Below are positions 39,201 through 52,660 of a DNA stretch of 64,000 nucleotides, piece after piece. A model generated the notes under the pieces. It did no database searches. It was given only the letters and a program-made list of their open reading frames with translations, and was not told where the DNA came from. Positions within the stretch are counted from its first letter, which is position 1, and every line of letters starts with the position of its first letter. The position numbers were made by a program, and so were the translations under genes. The DNA is from Albugo candida (lineage: Eukaryota): contig JBDOQK010000006.1 in assembly GCA_040437565.1 (NCBI GenBank), positions 62,001 to 126,000 of the forward strand, written 5' to 3'.

Positions 39201-41146
39201 GAATTTGACATTCTTCCACTGAATCACAACGTAATGTTTCAATATCGTAGACACAGTATAGTTTGTCGTGAATCATGCCCATGGTTACAATCAAACATGC
39301 AAGGATAACGCCATTTACGATAAAATAAGCGAGTACCACCGGTGATTTGATGGTAAGTTTCTTAAATCCTCGGAAAGATAACACGGTTGCCCTACAAAGT
39401 AAATGTGAGTAATGAGTTAAAAAAAGTGTGAACGCATGTACCAGTGAAAGCATAATGATAGAATCATAACCGTATTGAAAAAGTATTGAGCCGCAAACCA
39501 GTAAACATAAAGTTTAGATGGTTGTATAACCCACAATAGTGAGCCCGCACACGCGACCGCAAAAGAGAAAAGCGCTGATATCGCAACCATATCGGTCCAT
39601 AACGTCGACATGGTGAGGGGTAACCCATGCTGTAATTCCTTATTAGTAAAATACAATACGGTAAAAAATGGTGTCTGCGTACCCATTTGATAATAACCAA
39701 AGACGATAAAAAGCAAAACCCATACACGACGATGGAGATTACATCTAATGGTGAGATCTTGATTGCTCGTTGTGCTACATAACAGTCATGAGGTCTATAT
39801 TCATACCGCACCTAGCTGGTTCCTTACCTTTATTCACAGAAAAAAATGGAAATGCCGTGTTATCGACAGCCAAACTCAGACCTTGATATGCAGCCAAATA
39901 CACCGTATCGATCTGATCGAATTGCTTGCTGGGATTCATAAAGTGTTTAAATTGTATCTTCAGACGATCGCCATTGTCTATGGATATATTTTGTTGAGTG
40001 GGAATCGTAAAACTGATATTTGCGTAGCCAACTCGCAAGTCCAAATCTACCGATTGTATCGATTTTTGGGCTGGAAAAAATAGAGTCGCACTATCGATTG
40101 AACGAATTAGCGGGGAAAACGTACTTTCCAGATTCTGAGCTACCCGAAGAAGGAAAAAGGCCCCGGGATATAAACTTGAACCACTACGAAACGATAACGA
40201 GATGGTTGTGGGTCGCATCATTTCCAAATTATCAGCAATAACTTTGACGTTTGTGAAGGTTCCAATTAGTTTATAGGAGGAAGACGTCAATGTGATTTGA
40301 AATGCTTGCTTGGCTGCTGGCATCTTTGATTGTAATGTATCAAAACACCCAACTCCTTGAAATTTGAAAACCAATTGATTTTGCTCGGAAAAACTTCCAG
40401 GATTGGAACGTGTGGAAATCGATTTGACTTGGAAATTGTATTGCTGCCTTGATTCAATCAAAAGGCGGAGAGCGTCCATGCTCATGGTAAATGTGGATAC
40501 ATTGTTTCCGTACACACAAGGCACATTCACGGAGCCAATGGAGCACGTGACCTCGGTATCTGTCGGTCCCCACTGTGACGGCATATCAAGCGCAATAGAC
40601 GAGTCGAAAACGCAACTACTTTGTCGTAAGGAATCATACGTAAGATCCAGATCGGAAAATAGACGTGGGAAATTGTATTTAGTGGTGGCGGTCAATGCGC
40701 AATGACGACAGGTTCCATTGGCCGACGAATCGATCTCCATCGAAGGCAAATCACTCAAAGTGAAGCCGAGACTCTGAATGTGCGATATGCCACAAGCATT
40801 TATACAGGAAGAAATATCAGTGAATTGTGGTTTTTTGGGTGTGTACACACATTTGGATTCCTCACAATGGTAACCAAATGTGTCCTGCATTTCAATTGGA
40901 GGGATATATCCAATGAGAAAGGTTGCTAGTAAAATAAGGCCAATGNNNNNNNNNNNNNNNNNNNNNNNNNNNNNNNNNNNNNNNNNNNNNNNNNNNNNNN
41001 NNNNNNNNNNNNNNNNNNNNNNNNNNNNNNNNNNNNNNNNNNNNNAGAAAGGTTGCTAGTAAAATAAGGCCAATGGGAAGTTGAGTGCGATGATAACGTC
41101 GTCGTGCGATTTTGGTAGGAACGCAAGACTGAGTCCCACTGTTCAT
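36238..41146 (-). CDS. GPCR-INPP fusion: N-terminal anchor/signal, ~370-aa ectodomain, 7TM, C2-like region, inositol polyphosphate 4-phosphatase domain
   Basis: Catalytic CKSAKDRT motif. Seven TM helices emerge after splicing three GT-AG introns at ~39.4-39.8 kb. Removing the 30-bp gap duplication joins ATG 41146 in frame to ORF 39775-40890. Confidence 0.85.
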
Positions 41147-41820
41147 TTCTATAGACGACCATGCGTGGAAAATGAGATAAAAATGTAACCTGAATGCTTC
41201 GATGTAACCATTCTGTAAATGACTCCATAACGAACATGTAATATTCGATAAAAGCATTCTTGTTTGCTTATGTGTAAAGAGTGGAGCACGTGAAGGTCCT
41301 TGACGCACACGGCGAGTATATTTCGTTGCTGACTGTAGCGTTCCGAGTATGTGATTTAGTCGTCTCTGTAAATCTGAATTTGATTATGTAGACTCCGTGT
41401 GGAGGAATAGAGACACAGCAGATGGGGGAGCGACTGGAGTTTTCACTCTGGAATTCAATAGGTTTTTGAATTAGTAATGCGCAAATTGTCTTTTTTTATA
41501 AATCACTATCCTTCCGTCGGTATTAAAAGAGATAGAGCTATCGCAGTCACAAATAATCATCTTATACAGCGCCAACCCTAGTTGCCACTTTCGCTCTATT
41601 GTCTGCACGTTGTTACCTTTCCCTACCGCTCCATGGAGACTAGGGTCTGTAAGTAGTGTGTAGCTCACTACACACATNNNNNNNNNNNNNNNNNNNNNNN
41701 NNNNNNNNNNNNNNNNNNNNNNNNNNNNNNNNNNNNNNNNNNNNNNNNNNNNNNNNNNNNNNNNNNNNNNNNNNNNNCATAATTCGAAATCGGTATGGTA
41801 CGTGTTTTATTCCTTCGTTT

Positions 41821-43397
41821 ATGGTGCGTGACATCATTGCACATATCTGATTCGACCTCTTTTGACGAATTAGGCGTCTGTTTTCCTTGGGGACTTGAAT
41901 GATTACATCCAACCTTCGCAGGCGTGCGTGAACCCGCTTTTCGTGGGTACGCAAAACTTACCCGAATCAGAAGCAATATCGGATTCAAAAAGAGTCACAC
42001 TCGCGATTGAAGACGATTGGAACCAAGATAGCAAAGCACTCGAAACGAAACCGAACATTATACGTCAGACCGCACAACAACGAGCAACTATTACATTGGA
42101 TGATTGCTTAGCGTGCAGTGGTTGTGTTACGTCTGCTGAAACAGTTTTGATCACACAACAAAGTTATGTAGACATGTTGGAAAAACTACGACTGACACCC
42201 TCACCATACTCCAAAAAAATTATGACTGTGTCGTCGGCCTCACGTGCGTCCTTGGCAGCACATTTTGATCTCCCAATTCATGTAGTCCACTGCAAATTGG
42301 TGACATTCTTTCGAACATTAGGTTTCGACCTTATTTTCGATACCGGCTGCTGTGAGAATATGATGTTGCTTGAAGCCCGTGAAGAATTCCTATACCGGTA
42401 TCAGAATCAGACAAATCCAACACCTTGGAATCGTTCTCAGACAGAATCAGATGCTGACCCAGCAATTCTCTCCCCATCGACAGCGCTACCAATGTTGGCT
42501 TCTTCGTGTCCAGGCTGGATCTGTTATGCAGAGAAGACCCAACCAAACGCCCTTCCATTCATCGATACCACCAAATCGCCGCAACAGATCGCTGGGACAA
42601 TCGTAAAAGAATTTCTGAGTCGAGATTTCCACATCGACTCAGAACAGATGTTCCACGCCACATTGATGCCGTGTTTTGATAAGAAACTGGAAGCGTCCAG
42701 AAAAGAATTCCAACGATCTGAAGACACTTGTCGTGATGTGGATTGTGTGCTTGCAACTAGCGAATTGATAGAACTCTTTCAAGCTTTGCAAATCGATTTC
42801 AAAAAGTTAGAAGAAGCTTCTTTACATGAGAAAGAAGCTCAGTACAGTGGAGTTTCCCCAGACGGTCGGATTGTGTACGGATCCAGCCCGTTAGCTACGT
42901 CTGGCGGTCAACTTGAGCATATTTTTCGATATGCAGCCAAAACGTTGTTCGACATTGAAATTCGTGGTCCACTGGAATATTCCGTCGGGAGAAATCTTGA
43001 TTTTCGTGAGGTTTCTCTATCCGTTCAAGGGAAAGTGGTCTTAAATTTCGCGATCGCATACGGTTTTCGCAATATTCAATCAATTATTACAAAACTTCGA
43101 CGTGGAAAATGCTCGTATCATTATGTGGAAATCATGGCGTGCCCCGGCGGTTGTCTGAATGGCGGCGGTCAAATCAAGCCTTCAAGCAGTCTAGAGTCTT
43201 CTGCATTAGTATCGACCGTGACAAAACGCTTCCAAGAGTTGGAAGAATGTGATCCAGAAAAAGACGATTTCTGCAAATTTATTTATGGAACGTATTTGGG
43301 CAAACCATTTTCCGAAATGGCACAAAGCGCTCTTCACACAACGTATCGAGCTGTCCCGAAATTGGAACAAGCCAATCCGCTGGGAATTCGATGGTGA
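41821..43397 (+). CDS. NAR1: Cytosolic Fe-S assembly factor NAR1/NARFL (Fe-hydrogenase-like)
   Basis: LNDYIQPSQACVNP, TLDDCLACSGCVTSAE, SSCPGWICYAEK, MPCFDKKLEA, EIMACPGGCLNGGGQ. ATG at 41821 appears to be followed by intron 41824-41873. Confidence 0.95.
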
Positions 43398-43401
43398 GCT
43401 T

Positions 43402-45030
43402 CTAAGCGGAATCTGATTTCTCATCCACTTTTCGACATAACGCGGTCATTTCCTGCGTGCTTTTACTAACGTATCCGGGACACAGCATCCGACTTGCATC
43501 GGCTTTCGACACGGCGTTTTCTTTTTCTCCCCAAAGTTTTTCATGAATACAAATTTCTTTCAAATAAAGACGCAGTGAGCGAATTCGATCCGATATGACG
43601 TTTCCTTCCGTTTTGATATTTCCCGCAGACAGTTTATCCGATCGGTTATCAGAGTCGCTACTGAAAGCGCTTTTCGACTTTGTTTCTATTCGCTCTTTGT
43701 CACTCAACCAGTTCTGACTATGAAGCACCATACACATCAAAATAACGGGAAGGTACCACAACGAGCACATAAACACTTTATGTGCCGTTGCGTTTGTTGG
43801 GTTTTGTGCAAACTTTCGAGCCAAATGGATAGCATATGCGTTGATAAGCGTTCCTTCGACCGCAAACATACAACTGGTGGCGTCTAAGAGGTATGCAGCC
43901 ACGGGAATAGGAAGAAGATACAGAGAGTATCGAAGCGCGATTGCCGATGTGCGTGCGCCAGTTGGGTCCGCGCAAGGAATCATTTTGTAGCCTCCACGTG
44001 CATAATCCTTTCGCGATTTCCAACTCAGTGCGAAGAAATGAGGCATTTGCCAACAAAATAACAATGAAGCTTGAAGGGCAGCTTCTACACTCAACACAGA
44101 GCCCGTTGCCGCTGCCCAGCCCATCACTGGAGGCACAGCGCCGACGATCGACCCGATCCAAGTATTCCATTCTGTCCGTACTTTAGAAGGTGTATACACG
44201 AGTGTATACAGTCCTATGTTGAAGAGACCCAAGGTAGCTGTTGGGAAGTTACACCCAAGCCCGAGAAGAATCGTACTTATTGCGGCGGTGGACGACCCGA
44301 ATGCAATGGCATGGCGATGCGAGATTGCTCGAAGTGGTAAGGGACGCTTACATGTTCTTTTCATCTTGGCGTCTAGATCAGATTCCATCACTTGGTTGAA
44401 TGTGTTGGCAGAGATCGCAGCGAGACCGGTCCCCAGTGATAAAGAAGCGAAGGAAACCCATGAGACTGGACCACCCGCCATCAGAAACCCGGCACCAGAA
44501 GACATCACAACCAACGCACTAAGACGTACTTTACCGAGTTGGTTGTACACACCAATTTGATGCTTTGTCCTTGTTTTCCAGTCGGATGNNNNNNNNNNNN
44601 NNNNNNNNNNNNNNNNNNNNNNNNNNNNNNNNNNNNNNNNNNNNNNNNNNNNNNNNNNNNNNNNNNNNNNNNNNNNNNNNNNNNNNNNATCAGATTCCAT
44701 CACTTGGTTGAATGTGTTGGCAGAGATCGCAGCGAGACCGGTCCCCAGTGATAAAGAAGCGAAGGAAACCCATGAGACTGGACCACCCGCCATCAGAAAC
44801 CCGGCACCAGAAGACATCACAACCAACGCACTAAGACGTACTTTACCGAGTTGGTTGTACACACCAATTTGATGCTTTGTCCTTGTTTTCCAGTCGGATG
44901 ATTCTACCACCTGAGTTTTTACATGATCGAGCACTGGAAGACTGCTCTGATATCGAGCGTAGTTTGTGTAGAGTGAAGTATACCGAATAAAGGCTCTAGA
45001 CTCCATGCAAACAAGACGGTGAATTTGCAT
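43402..45030 (-). CDS. COX10: Protoheme IX farnesyltransferase (heme O synthase)
   Basis: ANTFNQVME.DLDAKMKRT.KRPLP, LYTLVYTP.K, WQMPHF..L, DYARGGY. Contains an artefactual 212-bp duplication across gap 44589-44688; start codon uncertain. Confidence 0.95.
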   Translation of the reverse strand: MQIHRLVCMESRAFIRYTSLYTNYARYQSSLPVLDHVKTQVVESSDWKTRTKHQIGVYNQLGKVRLSALVVMSSGAGFLMAGGPVSWVSFASLSLGTGLAAISANTFNQVMESDXXXXXXXXXXXXXXXXXXXXXXXXXXXXXXXXXXSDWKTRTKHQIGVYNQLGKVRLSALVVMSSGAGFLMAGGPVSWVSFASLSLGTGLAAISANTFNQVMESDLDAKMKRTCKRPLPLRAISHRHAIAFGSSTAAISTILLGLGCNFPTATLGLFNIGLYTLVYTPSKVRTEWNTWIGSIVGAVPPVMGWAAATGSVLSVEAALQASLLFCWQMPHFFALSWKSRKDYARGGYKMIPCADPTGARTSAIALRYSLYLLPIPVAAYLLDATSCMFAVEGTLINAYAIHLARKFAQNPTNATAHKVFMCSLWYLPVILMCMVLHSQNWLSDKERIETKSKSAFSSDSDNRSDKLSAGNIKTEGNVISDRIRSLRLYLKEICIHEKLWGEKENAVSKADASRMLCPGYVSKSTQEMTALCRKVDEKSDSA

Positions 45031-45157
45031 CCGATTGCGTAATTTCGCACAAACTCGTACAGTTTTGTTCTGGCTCAATCCACTAAATTTATGTGGATCA
45101 CAATAGAACGACAGAAAGCCTCGCATCGTGTGCATCACATCATAATATTTTCCGTTC

Positions 45158-45760
45158 ATGAGTCTTCGGGTACAACGCAACCAATTTAGATCGAAATGTC
45201 CCTCTCATTCTTTAGCATTAATTACATTTCTATTCATATCATTCTTTTTATCGACATTCTTCTCAATGCTTTGTTCGAATATGAGGCAGTATTTATAAAT
45301 GCGTCGACTCTCCTTTCAAAGTAACTATTCGCTCTCTTTGTGTCCCTCGCTTATCGCATACACAGTTTTCAGGTTTTTGTACAGCTATATGGCCTCGTGA
45401 CTATTTTATTATTAATCGGAACAACGCGGAATTTCCAAATCGGTGCGTGGAGAAAAGTATCCCGTCAATTTCGAGGAGCGATCATTGCAAATGTCAGTTA
45501 TGTTCTCATCACGATGGCACTGGTATACAACGAAATAAATGCAAACTATGTTCGTAACGTAACGTCCTTGCAGCATGTTATAACGCATAGGAAATACGAG
45601 CATTTCTTATTGCGGCTCGCAATCTCATTGGCACAAAAAGCAAGTAAGAATCTCATAAACCAATCAAAAAACCAGTCTCATGATCAGCAGTGTCTCTATT
45701 GTATTACACTTGTAGCATGAACACGTTGACACAATGCCAATCAAGATGAATTTCAAAAAT
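45158..45760 (+). CDS. TMEM138-like small multi-pass membrane protein, multi-exon
   Basis: DILLNALFE...TTRNFQIG.W..V.RQFRGAII..VSY...Q..SLLYY pattern resembles TMEM138 as recalled; ends approximate. Confidence 0.45.
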
Positions 45761-45764
45761 GTAT

Positions 45765-46904
45765 TTATAAAGGACGTTGTAATTTTGCAATATTCCATTC
45801 CATCACTGGTTCGTTCTCACGAGCAGTTAATATCTCATAACCGGTATCCGTGACCAAGAGCTGATGCTCGAATTGAGCCGATCGTGCTCCGTCCACTGTG
45901 ACAGCGGTCCAATTATCTGGCCACGTTGTATCTTTCCACGAGCCCATGTTGATCATCGGCTCAATGGTGAATATATGGCCAGGTTTCATGATACCGACAG
46001 CTTTGTTTTTCGCATAATGAGGCACATTGGGCACTGTATGAAATAATTTCCCAATTCCATGACCGCAATATGTCTTAACAACTGAAAAGCCCTGAGCACT
46101 TGCAACAGACGCGATACGTTTACCAAGTTCACGATACATCGTTCCAGGTTTTACTAAACTCACAGCTGCCTGCAAGCATTCGAAAGCTGTCTTGACCAAT
46201 CGAACGCCCTCGGGATCCACATCACCGACAAGAAAAGTCTCGTTCAGATCGCCATGATACCCGTCCTTGTAAACGGAAATATCGATATTTACGACATCGC
46301 CATTCTGAAAAGGACGTGAGTCGGGTATACCATGACAGATGACTTCGTTTACTGAAATGCAGCACGATTTTGGGAATTCATAATAATTGAGAGGCGAAGG
46401 ATAGCATCCAAACTCCATGCACGCATCGTGAACGATGCGATCAATCTCATCTCCGGTGACACCGACAGCAATTGCATTACCAGCGATATCCAACACCTTG
46501 CGTCCAAGATGACAAACAGATCGGATGCCCAGAATATCATCGGCCGAATAGATTGGAATTTGTGTGGAGGCATTTTGCTCCGAAATTGGAATGCCACTGT
46601 CACTGTAATCAGGCCGAGAAATGTGTGGCGGAACATAAAGTTTGGGTGAGACGAGACCAGGACGAATAGAGCCAGTGAATGGGTAATCAGCAAACTGTGG
46701 AGTGATGTTAGAGGCACTGCTAGCGTTTACACTGAACATCGTGTGAAGTGATTTGTGATGGGACCAATACCCTTTAAAGCATTGTTGAGAGCAGAATGTG
46801 CTAATGACGGGCGGAATGCCGAGTTTCTTGCATGTGGGACAGACTAACGTTCCGCTTTTGCTGCATTTCGGTGTGGTACATGGCGATGGTGCTACGGTAG
46901 CCAT
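45765..46904 (-). CDS. MAP1: Methionine aminopeptidase 1 (type Ib, N-terminal zinc finger)
   Basis: C-x4-C...CPTC...[10 protein letters not shown] finger; [47 protein letters not shown]. Confidence 0.97.
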   Translation of the reverse strand: MATVAPSPCTTPKCSKSGTLVCPTCKKLGIPPVISTFCSQQCFKGYWSHHKSLHTMFSVNASSASNITPQFADYPFTGSIRPGLVSPKLYVPPHISRPDYSDSGIPISEQNASTQIPIYSADDILGIRSVCHLGRKVLDIAGNAIAVGVTGDEIDRIVHDACMEFGCYPSPLNYYEFPKSCCISVNEVICHGIPDSRPFQNGDVVNIDISVYKDGYHGDLNETFLVGDVDPEGVRLVKTAFECLQAAVSLVKPGTMYRELGKRIASVASAQGFSVVKTYCGHGIGKLFHTVPNVPHYAKNKAVGIMKPGHIFTIEPMINMGSWKDTTWPDNWTAVTVDGARSAQFEHQLLVTDTGYEILTARENEPVMEWNIAKLQRPL

Positions 46905-47805
46905 TAGATTGGTTTATAATAATGATAATGAACCAATCGGAGCAGATAGGAGAATAGTTGTACGAATGTGCGCATAGCGAGCAATTCGTTGGCTAAAAAA
47001 ATCCAAAGTATCATCCCTCTCAACATCAAGGTTGCAAGAATGTACACGAAACATGACACCTCATTCAATTTCGACTTTACACAACGGACAAGCGGAATTC
47101 TCCAGCAGCCATCCCTGGACGCAGCCTACGCCAATAAGGGTGATGTTACAGTCGTGAGCGATATGCTACATACTTGAGTGAAAGATGTGAGTGCATGGAA
47201 GCGTCAGCGCATGATCGTTTGGCTCGAAATTGTGTTGACAAATAATACACCTGCAAGACTATTGAATGGTTGGTTGTCGANNNNNNNNNNNNNNNNNNNN
47301 NNNNNNNNNNNNNNNNNNNNNNNNNNNNNNNNNNNNNNNNNNNNNNNNNNNNNNNNNNNNNNNNNNNNNNNNNNNNNNNNGGTACATGGTGATGGCGCTA
47401 CAGTAGCCATTGGATTGGTTTATAATAATGACGATGAACGAATCGGGGCAAATAGGAGAATAGTTGTACGAATGTGCGCGTAGCGAACACAAATAGGAAA
47501 TTCGTTGGCTAAAAAAATCGCCCAACGCCAAAGGATCATCCCTCTCTACATCAAGGTTGCAAGAATGTACACAAAACATGACACCTCATTCAATTTCGAC
47601 TTTACACAACGGACAAGCGGAGTTCTCCAGCAGCCATCCCTGGACGCAGCCTACGCCAATAAGGGTGATGTTACAGTCGTGAGCGATATGCTACATACTT
47701 GAGTGGAAGATGTGAGTGCATGGAAGCGTCAGCGCGTGTTCGTTTGGCTCGAAATTGTGTTGACAAATAATACACCTGCAAGACTATTGAATGGTTGGTT
47801 GTCGA
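46875..47805. repeat. Non-identical duplication across N gap (46875-47280 vs 47381-47805), probable second haplotype
   Basis: Same MAP1 5' end and RING-H2 3' end on both sides, but with many SNPs and two short indels. Confidence 0.8.
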
Positions 47806-48812
47806 ATACGAAATACTTACGAACTGTAGTCCATATATTGTTTCCATCGACAGGAAGGAAGACGTTCGATTCTACTTGGTGCGATTTGTCGCCATCGGTC
47901 TTTTTTGACATCGCCAACACGCTCACCGAGTTCTAAAAGCTCTTCATAGGTCATCGCGTCGGGGTTGACATCAGTTAAATGTCCATGATTTGGAATGAAA
48001 TTTGACGATATCAATGAAGCGTTCATCGCATATTGCGATCGAATCTCGTACTCTTCCAATGCAAAGCTCTAGACAGCACCCATAAGAGATGATAACTTGG
48101 TGCAAAGTTCATATACCTCTTCTTCTTGCAAAGACAACGCCAATGCAATAGAAGCGTCTTCTTGATCCGATACAGACCGAATGTGATTTGTCGCTTCCTG
48201 CGATAATTCTGTTTGATGAGCAACCGCATCCTGTTTTCTCTCTAAAGAACGCAGACTCGATTGAAACGTTATACCCGTTTCTGTTTGCCCATTTTGCAAA
48301 GTCATGTTTGGCCGTGTGGGATCACAAAGCAAGGCCGAGTCCGTTTCAGTAGATTGTATCTGAAAATCCGAAGGTGACATATATACATTGTCACTAGTGT
48401 CTCCATTCAGTCTTGGGCTTGACGAGGTCAAATCGATCACATTTGACTACAAATAGTTCTATCAATTGTGCTAATGCGGGGCCACAAAGATCAAAACACA
48501 AAGATTCAAGCGCAAAATAGTACATTGGCAACCGTATGTATCGACCTTGATTCAACTGCATCTGGCGGTGTATCATTGGCGCTCTTCTGCAGAATGATAT
48601 GAGCGAGCTACCAACGTAATCTTCGTGTGTATACCAACCGTGGCACGTTTTCTAGATAGAATTGTATACTCTCGATGTAAATTTCGATAACGTCGTTGCA
48701 AAAGCGTATACTTTCGAAGGATAATTATATGCGCTTCTTTCTCATTCTCATACGCTTGCTCGAGTGTGTGCACGCGTTGAGTGAGAATTTCCGCGTGAGC
48801 GATCGACATCAT
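47586..48812 (-). CDS. RING-H2 E3 ligase (BIG BROTHER-related type) with N-terminal coiled coil and UIM-like motif
   Basis: NPDAMTYEELLELGERVG; spliced CIICQHNF...LPCTHIFH..CVQGWL....CPLCK; DASIALALSLQEEE. 5' exons inferred. Confidence 0.8.
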
Positions 48813-48859
48813 TGCAAAAAATAACGGTGTCAACACCGTTTACTCTAAATTAGAGTCTT

Positions 48860-49450
48860 TTATTTAGTTTCAGATACGGTCGAAATTTCGTCTGCTAGCT
48901 GTAAGTAGAACACGATTGTCTCAAACAGTCTGAGACGCGCCTTTGGTTTACTGATGTTTTCCAGCTTGCTTACGACCGACTGAAGAACAAAACCTTCATT
49001 GTTTTTGTAGCGTTTTTGTATCTTTTGCTTCGCTGTGCTGTCCAATATCTGAAAGGAGTATGACGAGTAATTCTCTAGCTTCGTCAAATCCTCTACCAGA
49101 AGCTGTAAGTCATCAAATGCAATAAAATTAAAAATAGGTGAAAACTCTTCAACAGCTTTGATCAATTGCTGAAAAATGTTGAGGATGAAAGCCTACATAG
49201 AACAATTAGAAACTTGAGTTCGCATTTAATTTGCACGACCTTGAGTTGCTTTCCATCCATTTTGATATTAGAGGACTCGTTGCCATGATCGTTAGCTTTT
49301 GTTGCAAGGAGAATTGAGAAATTCTCCTTATCGTGTAGAAAGTTATCTTTCAACTCCAATTGGTGTTGCACGATATCCGATTCTCCGTGGATGGATGAAA
49401 ACAGTTCTTGCTTTTTTAAACGTTTCAATAACAACATTCGTTTTGTTTCC
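48860..49450 (-). CDS. Hypothetical protein (two or more exons)
   Basis: Adjacent coding-like ORFs 48860-49165 and 49162-49437 separated by an intron-like segment; no motif recognised, 5' end unknown. Confidence 0.35.
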
Positions 49451-49722
49451 TAATGATAGCAATCATTTAGTACGTTTCACGAGTTGGGTCACACTCGAAC
49501 CGGTATCGTATCATCCAAACGGGCGTCAAGATGGGACGGAGGTTTCGGAGCTTGCGGCAGATGATTGCAATAGGGACCATCTAGACTGCTACAGGTTCTA
49601 CTGGCGCTGAATTTCACGGTTGAAAACGCTATTGTGCATAGAAGAAGGTGTTGATGCATCGTACAGACAGTTGACGAATGATGAATAAAGCCCACTTATG
49701 TGCGAACTTATTGCTACATTAA

Positions 49723-50766
49723 ATGCGAAGCGCAATTAAACAGATGTCTGACACGTTGTGTTTTGTTTGTTCAGAGCGTTTGGTCCCTGCGGCTACCACG
49801 TGGCAGAAAGCCCTGATTAGCTCGATTGTTCTCTACCGAGTAGACGAAGACAAGCAGGGAACCGGTGTTAACGAGGTTGATATGTGTCTAGAGGAGTATC
49901 GTCGGACGTTGAATACCGAACAACTAGGACAATGTCTTCTTTATTGTAAGCGACTGGGTTCTACACAGACGTACCTTCACCTAACATTGAAGCCACGTGC
50001 ACCTGATGGTTTCGTCTGCTTTACAAAAAGTCAGACAGATGGTAAAGGACGTGGAAAAAACAAATGGGAGTCGCCCGAAGGTTGCTTAACATTCTCTTAT
50101 AACAGCACATTTACCGATGGCAATACGTTGCCTTTGATTCAGTATTTGGTTTCTCTTGCGATAATAAAGTGTGTTGAAAAATGGGACCCAACGTGCACTT
50201 GCGTCCAAATCAAATGGCCCAATGATATTTACGCAAATGGACAAAAAATCGGCGGCGTGTTATGTCAGTCCGAATTTTCTAACGGAACGTTTGGCGTTAC
50301 AACAGGTACGTAACGAATCGATTACAGTGCCTAAATCTGATTTGCAAAATAGGTGTCGGACTCAACCTGTCAAACTGCGAGCCTACAACGTGCTTGTGCG
50401 ACGTCATATCAAATGCGTCTGGTCTCACAAAGTAAAATGCATCCGTCGTATTCCCACTTGTATTTATAATATTCATTTAGAGAGGCGTTTTTAGCAACTT
50501 TTTGCAACATTTTGGAACCGATGGAAAAGCAATTCAAAATAAGCGGATTCGAGCCATTTCGACGGGAATATCTACAGAAATGGCTTCATACCAACCAAAA
50601 GGTCCAATACCGATACGATAGAGACAGCCAAGCCATGCCGGCGGTCATTCGCGGTCTTACACAAAATGGCTGCTTGTTGGCGGAAGGATCAGCTGGCCAA
50701 AAGCTAGAATTGTATCCGGACGGGAACTCGCTCGATTTCTTTTCAGGATTACTGACACGTAAGTAA
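49723..50766 (+). CDS. Biotin--protein ligase (holocarboxylase synthetase/BirA type), multi-exon
   Basis: STQ, QTDGKGRGKNKWESP.GCL, KWPNDIY, KIGGVL, C-terminal LYPDGNSLD. Confidence 0.92.
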
Positions 50767-50786
50767 AATTTGACCAAATGCAGCAG

Positions 50787-52583
<1,797 letters not shown>

Positions 52584-52660
52584 TTTGTATAAAAAGATAT
52601 TTATAAGATATATTGAAATTAGAACAAAATATACTTTTTGACCCAATGTGCTCACAATCA

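Noticed and set aside
40916-41075. 30-bp direct repeat and apparent break in the GPCR-INPP 5' end
   Set aside because: Overlap artefact at gap 40946-41045; collapsing it restores the frame.
44377-44900. Duplicated N-terminal TM segment in COX10
   Set aside because: Identical 212-bp overlap around gap 44589-44688; artefact.
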